Below are positions 59,984 through 64,000 of a stretch of DNA of 64,000 bases, in pieces. Both the position numbers and the translations under genes were made by a program. The DNA lies in assembly GCA_040326155.1 (NCBI GenBank), contig JBEQLE010000013.1, positions 1-64,000 of the forward strand. The letters run 5' to 3'. A model generated the notes under the pieces. The model saw only the letters and a program-made list of their open reading frames with translations, ran no database searches and was not told where the DNA came from. The stretch is from Leptospirales bacterium (GTDB lineage: Bacteria > Spirochaetota > Leptospiria > Turneriellales > JAOUFE01). Every line of letters begins with the position of its first letter. Within the stretch, counting starts at the first letter, position 1.

Positions 59984-60514
59984 CTAAAATGGGTCATCCA
60001 ATGGAGTATATTTTTCAAGTAAAGAACCGTTATACTCAACTTTGATAACGCAAGGTAGAAGCTCAGGTTTTATACAGGTTCTAACACCCCTCTTGGAATT
60101 TATGGTTATCTTTTCCACTGCATTCAATTCATTCAATTCATTCAATTCATTTTCATCAACTCTAATTCTGGTAAATTTTCTAAATAATTCATTTTTACAG
60201 AAAAGTCCGATTTCTATATCCTTTTTATACTGCTCTGTATACTGTTCTGTAGAAATAAAATATTTTCCTTTCCTTTTATATTCCAGGCTTACATAATTGT
60301 TACCAGGCAAGAAAATCCTTCCAGATTTTCTGTTAATCTCAACCATCCAGATACCATTATGTTTTACTGAGAACTCTTCCTGACAACTATTAAATATGAC
60401 ATTACCTGCTACAGTATATTTATGACCTTCTGCTTTTTTGGCTATTATCTTTCCATATCCGGCAGATAAAATGATTACTAAAAACATTATTACCGGGGTT
60501 TTCAAGTTTTTCAT
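59984..60514 (-). CDS. Hypothetical exported protein
   Basis: Signal-like N-terminus, 176 aa. Confidence 0.55.
   Translation of the reverse strand: MKNLKTPVIMFLVIILSAGYGKIIAKKAEGHKYTVAGNVIFNSCQEEFSVKHNGIWMVEINRKSGRIFLPGNNYVSLEYKRKGKYFISTEQYTEQYKKDIEIGLFCKNELFRKFTRIRVDENELNELNELNAVEKITINSKRGVRTCIKPELLPCVIKVEYNGSLLEKYTPLDDPF
60121..60147. repeat. 9-bp tandem repeat (CATTCAATT)x3, in frame (NEL repeat)
   Basis: Read directly from the sequence. Confidence 0.8.
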
Positions 60515-60652
60515 AGATTTTATTTTATGTAATGAAACCTCCCGTCAATACATATTATTTATAATAACAGATACAAAATATAACGAAGTATCGATCCAGA
60601 CTCTTCGAAAAAGATATCGACAACAGGCCAACCGTTTTCTACAATAACACTC

Positions 60653-61789
60653 ATGGTTTATAAAATTCGTGAATCGAACGCAGACCGGACAATTTTAGTC
60701 CCTTCGAAAACAATGGGTATTATTATCTTTATTATCAAAGTAATTGGATTAATATTTTTACTACCCGGTTTGCTGGTTTTATTCAGCGAAGAACCGCTCG
60801 ACAATATTGTATTTATTCTAAGTGGTATCGGACTCACTTTTTTTGTTGGGGGAAGCATGGCGTCGTCTTACGCGTCAAAATTACCCGGCAAAATGGTTTT
60901 TAACAACACTTTGGGCAAACTACAAATTTTTGACAAAATTGGAAAATTCACCAGGCGTGAAGAGTCGGCTTTTCTCAGTTATAACGAAATAGCAAATTTT
61001 GGTATTCGTAAAATCAGATTTAACAACAGCGTCTCTTACGGAGTATATCTTGAAAAAAAAGACGCCGCCATCTGGGATCTTTTTCAGTCGAATTCTGAAA
61101 ACAAAGCGCGTGAATTTTTGCAGCAAGTTGAAAACAACATCGACTTTAGACCCAAAAAAGATAAAAACCAAACCGATGTAAACCAGGGTGCGGTCATTGG
61201 TTTTACCACTGACTCTGAAAACTATAAAATTGAAAAAACGGATACAAAAGCTACGATCATATGGCGTCGCAAACTGGAACTTTTTAATACATTGAGTATG
61301 CTGGTTTTTCTTTTCGGATTTACCCTTGTTTTCTACTCGGCAAAAGATGAAATGGAACAGGTCGGAAGAATTATCGCTTTTATCTTTTTAGCCGTCGTTA
61401 ATTCACTGGTATTATGGGGTATCTTTGTAAGTCTGTTTTCCCGATTTCACCTGACTATAGAACCAAACGAAATCACCTATACGAAATTTTTTCTAAAAAA
61501 GCCTGTTAAAACAGCTAAAATAGAATCTTCTATTTTACACTCTGTACTTTTCCACTTTAATGTATCGTCAGGTCATTCTGCAATTTTTTTGCTAACCGCC
61601 GAACAAAACCAAATGCTCTCAAAAATAAACAAAGGCGAAGCCGGTTTAGGCGATGTTTTCGCCGCATTCAAAGCCCATAAAGGATCACTGAAAATTTATG
61701 GCACCTCTTTATCTTTCAGTGAAAAGGTGCGTCTTGAAAAAACAATTCAAAGTCTGATTACCGAGATTACGGGTCGGCAAAATTTGTAG
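60653..61789 (+). CDS. Hypothetical membrane protein, two (2TM + beta-rich domain) units
   Basis: Two TM hairpins, each followed by a soluble beta-rich region. Confidence 0.65.
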   Translation: MVYKIRESNADRTILVPSKTMGIIIFIIKVIGLIFLLPGLLVLFSEEPLDNIVFILSGIGLTFFVGGSMASSYASKLPGKMVFNNTLGKLQIFDKIGKFTRREESAFLSYNEIANFGIRKIRFNNSVSYGVYLEKKDAAIWDLFQSNSENKAREFLQQVENNIDFRPKKDKNQTDVNQGAVIGFTTDSENYKIEKTDTKATIIWRRKLELFNTLSMLVFLFGFTLVFYSAKDEMEQVGRIIAFIFLAVVNSLVLWGIFVSLFSRFHLTIEPNEITYTKFFLKKPVKTAKIESSILHSVLFHFNVSSGHSAIFLLTAEQNQMLSKINKGEAGLGDVFAAFKAHKGSLKIYGTSLSFSEKVRLEKTIQSLITEITGRQNL

Positions 61790-61962
61790 CCGCAATAAAA
61801 GTGTTCTGACGCATATATTTAAATTTGGTTTAATGATTTTACTACTGAATTGTAGACTTTTATTGAAATAATATGTAAATTTTAAGTAAACCTTCAAAGA
61901 ATTCTTTCCAAACGAGAATTTTATCTGGGTACTCAACAAAAGAGTTTTAATGGATATTTACT

Positions 61963-63861
61963 ATGACCCGCAATGCAATAAAACTTCACCCTTGGCAATC
62001 AAAACCAAATGTATTATTTACAGCTCTTTTTTTACCGCTCGCCCTTATTATCGCAATACTGATGTATAGCCTGTACCATTATAAAACTTCGGGCGATAAA
62101 CGACTATTAATTACATCTTCAAAGGCCCAAATCCAGTTTTATAATGATATGATTAATAATGAAATGAGCCGCGTGTTATCGGATCTTTTCGTAATGGCCA
62201 ACTTGCATGAAACCGAGAGAATGCTGGAAGGCGTGGTCGCAGAAAAAGCGGATTTGATCGACAATTTTTCGTTATACTGTAGGAACAAGGGTCTTTACGA
62301 CCAGCTGAGATTTATAGACCTTCACGGACAAGAGCAAGTACGTATTAATTGTATGGACGGTATGGCGAAAGATATCGCTCCCACTGCCCTGCAAAACAAA
62401 GCTTCACGATACTATTTTAAAGAGGCGATTAAACTCAAAAAAGGGGAAGCTTATATCTCTCCGTTCGATTTGAACATTGAAAATGGTAAAGTGGAAATTC
62501 CATATAAACCGATGATCCGGTTCGCCACTCCGGTTTATAATACTGACAAGAAAAAACAGGGTATTATTGTATTAAATTATCTTGGCTCCCGGATCATTGA
62601 AATTCTCAAAAAAGAATCTAAAATCGAAATTGGGTACGTGATGTTGCTGAACTCATCCGGGTATTGGCTTCACTCTGCAGATAAACACACCGAGTGGGGT
62701 TTTATGTTCCCTGCGAAAAAAAAAGAAAAATTTCAAAATAGTTTTCAAAAAGAGTTTAATGAGATCGATAATAATAACGACGGGAGTTTTTTCACTGGTA
62801 AAGGGCTTTTTACATATGAAACCATTGTACCGACTCCAGGCAAAGAACACTTCAACCACCGCTTTTTAAAAAATATTATTAAAAATAACTACTACTGGAA
62901 ACTCATTTACCACATACCCGACTCGGCCACCGGACTGCATACTAGTTTTAATGTAATTATGGCTGTATATATTGCTTTATTTATTATATCAGGAATCGGC
63001 TGCCGCTTGTTAGCGAGAAATATATCTCTTTTACATACGACAAATAGTACTCTGCGCCAAAAACAACAAGAACTTACAAAAGCAAAAACTACGGCTGAAA
63101 AGGCAAATCTTGCCAAAAGCGAATTTTTAGCCAACATGTCTCACGAACTCAGGACACCCATGCACGCAATATTAAGCTTCTCCAGTTTTGGAAAAAAAAG
63201 AATTAATAAGTCGTCGAAAGTCACCCTATTAGATTATTTCGATGAAATCAACTGTAATGGAAATCATTTACTGCTGCTACTTAATGACTTACTCGATTTA
63301 TCAAAACTGGAATCGGGGAAAATGGATTTTCTTAAACAAAATAGCGATATTTTAATGATTATCGAGGATCTGAAGTCCGAGTTTGTGTTTCTGCTCGCCG
63401 AAAAAAATATACATTTTATCGTAAGGCAAAATGACGTTTCTACAAATATTTTTTGTGATAAAATGCGAATACGTCAGGTACTGGAAAACTTGATCTCTAA
63501 CGCCATTAAATATTCACCCGAAGACACCTCAATTATCCTGGAAATTTTCGATACATTTCTAACGGATAAAAAAGATGATCTTCCCTCAATTCTAGTATCG
63601 ATCACAGATGAAGGAATCGGCGTTCCGGATAATGAACTTGTTTCGATTTTCAATAAATTTAAGCAAAGCACAAAAACCCAAACCGGGGCCGGTGGAACCG
63701 GCTTAGGACTTTCCATATGCAAGGAAATCATATCGGCACATCATGGAAAGATCTGGGCGGAACACAATTCGAAGGGGAAAGGAACTGTATTTTCTTTTAC
63801 GCTTCCAATAATTATGAAGGAAGAAACCAATGAAACAGAATTCGAATATATTAGTCATTGA
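61963..63861 (+). CDS. Sensor histidine kinase with Cache-like periplasmic domain
   Basis: YDQLRFID, SPFDLNIE, FLANMSHELRTP, NAIKYS, DEGIG and GTGLGL. Confidence 0.93.
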   Translation: MTRNAIKLHPWQSKPNVLFTALFLPLALIIAILMYSLYHYKTSGDKRLLITSSKAQIQFYNDMINNEMSRVLSDLFVMANLHETERMLEGVVAEKADLIDNFSLYCRNKGLYDQLRFIDLHGQEQVRINCMDGMAKDIAPTALQNKASRYYFKEAIKLKKGEAYISPFDLNIENGKVEIPYKPMIRFATPVYNTDKKKQGIIVLNYLGSRIIEILKKESKIEIGYVMLLNSSGYWLHSADKHTEWGFMFPAKKKEKFQNSFQKEFNEIDNNNDGSFFTGKGLFTYETIVPTPGKEHFNHRFLKNIIKNNYYWKLIYHIPDSATGLHTSFNVIMAVYIALFIISGIGCRLLARNISLLHTTNSTLRQKQQELTKAKTTAEKANLAKSEFLANMSHELRTPMHAILSFSSFGKKRINKSSKVTLLDYFDEINCNGNHLLLLLNDLLDLSKLESGKMDFLKQNSDILMIIEDLKSEFVFLLAEKNIHFIVRQNDVSTNIFCDKMRIRQVLENLISNAIKYSPEDTSIILEIFDTFLTDKKDDLPSILVSITDEGIGVPDNELVSIFNKFKQSTKTQTGAGGTGLGLSICKEIISAHHGKIWAEHNSKGKGTVFSFTLPIIMKEETNETEFEYISH

Positions 63862-64000
63862 CGACAATAAAAGCAATATAAAAATTATTAATACTATATT
63901 AGGGGAAAATTACAGCCTGCAAAATGCTGAAACGGGAGAAGAGGGGCTGGCTCGAGTGCTTGAATTTCAAACCGATCTTATTTTACTCGATGTTAAAATG
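63830..64000 (+). CDS. Response regulator, 5' part, truncated by window edge
   Basis: MKQNSNILVIDDNKSN...DLILLDVKM, overlapping the kinase 3' end. Confidence 0.88.
   Translation, partial: MKQNSNILVIDDNKSNIKIINTILGENYSLQNAETGEEGLARVLEFQTDLILLDVKM

Noticed and set aside
60121..60147. Phase-variation or CRISPR-like repeat
   Set aside because: It has three in-frame 9-bp units with no spacers and cannot shift frame.
1199..63731. Numerous 60-130 aa antisense or alternate-frame ORFs
   Set aside because: They lie within well-supported genes and show no motifs, so I treated them as shadow ORFs.
1..64000. tRNA, rRNA, transposase, integrase or prophage
   Set aside because: None was recognised by eye. 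A covariance-model and HMM scan would be needed to exclude small RNAs.

Overview
AT-rich bacterial chromosomal window, probably a free-living diderm. The gene content is loosely Leptospirales/spirochaete-like, which is an inference only. I found no rRNA, tRNA, CRISPR array or transposase. Contents in order: (1) the end of an alpha-2-macroglobulin operon (DUF1175/YfaT-like, A2M with an intact CxEQ thioester, DUF2135, a PBP transpeptidase domain, SpoIID/LytB, an HExxH protein); (2) about 15 kb of cyclic-nucleotide signalling genes (two DGCs, REC-HD-GYP, REC-adenylate cyclase, hybrid kinase, REC-PAS-GGDEF-EAL); (3) envelope and housekeeping genes (peptidase-TolB-Omp85 fusion, FKBP, cobO, U32 family, purD, tdh-kbl, OmpA). 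The best candidate for a new system is the minus-strand operon at 36901-40630. It encodes a SiaB-like kinase, a SiaC-like switch protein, a full-length PhcB-like methyltransferase and a PhcS-like membrane sensor fused to a PP2C phosphatase. It looks like a fatty-acid-methyl-ester quorum-sensing pair rewired to a Ser/Thr partner-switch output. The second candidate is a divergent NorBC-like heme-copper pair with a His-to-Met change at a heme ligand. Family assignments come from recalled motifs, not database searches.
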